Below are positions 62,148-64,000 of a stretch of 64,000 nt of DNA, one piece after another; positions within the stretch are counted from its first letter, which is position 1; each line of letters starts with the position of its first letter. The stretch lies in assembly GCF_018977255.1 (NCBI RefSeq), contig NW_024704742.1, forward strand, positions 30,878,001-30,942,000, in the 5' to 3' direction. Made by a program: the position numbers and the translations under genes. Under the pieces are notes generated by a model. That model did not search any database, was not told where the DNA came from, and saw only the letters and a program-made list of their open reading frames with translations. This stretch comes from Callorhinchus milii. Taxonomy: Eukaryota.

Positions 62148-63966
62148 AAGAGAAGTGTTGGCATCGTGTATGGGATGTGGGAATGGAAAGAAGAGAAAGA
62201 ATATGGTTGGTTTGAGGGAGAGGGATGGGAAGGGCTGGCAACGTGGGGGTGAGGAGGGCCAGCAGAATGGAGAAGAGGATGAGTCCAGCTGCTGCTTCAT
62301 TGAGAAGAGAGAAGAGAAATACTAGCACTATGATATGCCTCGTTTTTTTAAAAATGTTTTGGTCAACTGGGTCTGAAAACCCATCACCACTCTTAAGAGT
62401 ATCCAAACCAGACCGAGAGTTCCAAGTATGTCATCTACGCATTCGGGAAATTCCCCTATTTGGAATGGATGCTCATTCCTCTCCCCAGAGGGACCCAACC
62501 TCCTTATCTAATCCCTGAAAGTATTGGCAGATTGGCAAGAGCCAAGGATATGCCAGCTACTGAATAAAATAAGGGAGATAAAAGGAGCAAATTTTTGCTT
62601 TGTGCATTTCCTGTGCAAATTATGCAGGGTTGGCTGGAGGGGCTGAATGGCTGACTCCTGTTCCAATGCTCTAAATTAATTTAATTTTGACGCCCCTGAA
62701 GTGCGGAGCTTCTTTGACCTTGATTTAAACTCACATAATCCAAGAATAACTCTTTTATTTTTATTTCTCATGGAATAAAATCGGCACAGTTCTAACTGAA
62801 GGACGACTTTACACTAGACGATTGCAGAGCATTCAAAGCAATATCAGCGATATCTTCACTTGGCAACAGTGGAAATGTGATCATGGGGAGTTTCATCTGA
62901 GCTGTGACACACTTTTGAATTATCGAGCTTGGGTTTGGATACAATCAACAATAGAGTTTCAAGGACAGTGTGATGTTTTCTGAAAAGTGTCAAAGCCTGA
63001 GATGCCTTTTGCTATAGCTGCTTCTGAAATACGTGTCACATCTTGTCTTGGCATCGGCCTCTTGCTCGTCCCTCGCATTCCTCCGCACCGCCATCGGAGG
63101 TCGTGCTATATACTTGTCAGGAGGGAACGTGATTTGCATAGTTCTCAACCAGAACATTCACCCTCATGATTCACGTCCACTCAGAGTCCACTCAACACTC
63201 TTGATTCCGGTGAGAGGTAGATGGGAGGCAAAATTAGAGCTCTTTATATTGGCTGTAACTGCTGCACAAACAAGAGTGCAGACCCAACTGAAATTGTACT
63301 GGACGTGTCATAAATTAGTATACTGTCGGAATGCACCATCAAGTAAAACATAATACAGTACAAAGAGAAAAAAATTGGAAATCAATGGTGCGCTGTCTGA
63401 ATGCATTTTGTTTGGAGACATTTTAAGACCAATTGATTTTTCTAGAATATTAATCTCATTTAAGACTGGCAGAATATTTCAATGTTCCTCAGGTTATCCG
63501 GAAGCACTGTGAAGTTTTTTTGTTAATTGAAAATGAAAATATGTGTTTTTCTATCTGCATGTAAATATTCGAATGGATTTAATTTCTTGTGTTTGCTGGT
63601 TGACATAATTATTTTATCTCAATTACCTTTTTCAGTCGGCAACCCCACCTTTTCTTATGCAGCTGGTCCATTCATGTAATGTGGATGCAGATAACACAGT
63701 GGCACCAGCACCTTCCTGGGCTCTTGTAAATTTGAAGTCATTGCCAACTTCAGACATAACATACTATTGTAATCCATGAATTGTGGATCTTATTGTTTAA
63801 TAAAAAAAAGAACTGTTGGGGTTGCTTGTTGTTATAGCTGTCAAATCAGTTTGCAGAAAGACAACCCAGCCCGTCTGATTTGCTCTGATTGCTGTTCTCT
63901 GCCTCCACTGACTGACGTTGACAAGTGGTTTCTGAAAAATGTTCTTACTTTTCCCTCCTGTTCCAG

Positions 63967-64000
63967 GTTGCATGCAAATGCTTTGTCCAAATCCGCTTCA
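63967..64000 (+). CDS. GAB1: GAB1 exon 4, 5' start (truncated by window end)
   Basis: Strong acceptor ttcttacttttccctcctgttccAG (63965-63966). Phase-2 continuation gives R-LHANALSKSAS, similar to mammalian RTHADSAKSTSS (recalled). Confidence 0.8.

Noticed and set aside
1..64000. The remaining short ORFs in the six-frame track
   Set aside because: No recognisable domains or consistent splice and phase structure. Many are translations of SINE, L2 or simple repeats (recurring [18 protein letters not shown]).

Overview
Vertebrate genomic DNA, not prokaryotic. The repeat content (CR1 and L2 LINEs, Deu-domain SINEs, Penelope-type ends) suggests a cartilaginous fish; this is an inference. The window lies inside one + strand gene, GAB1 (GRB2-associated binder 1). 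It covers the last ~45 kb of intron 1, exon 2 (PH domain, 45402-45696), exon 3 (54973-55195), an 87-nt frame-preserving cassette exon missed by the ORF track (59765-59851), and the start of exon 4 (63967-end). The introns are dense with tRNA-headed SINEs, L2 and CR1 fragments, a hAT MITE, a Tc1/mariner-like MITE and several unclassified repeats. Best leads: (1) the cassette exon looks like a duplicate of the exon-3 tyrosine motif (EEPQDYLLLANCESKRP vs EEGDEYLLLEDFESKKQP), with QKI and RBFOX motifs downstream; (2) a fold-back Penelope-like element with a 16-bp TSD carries a minimal hammerhead-ribozyme core on the pre-mRNA strand; (3) an 88-nt near-perfect hairpin in intron 3; (4) short exact copies of nearby sequence that look like templated insertions. 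Repeat boundaries were read by eye and are approximate unless a TSD or splice site is cited. No searches were run.
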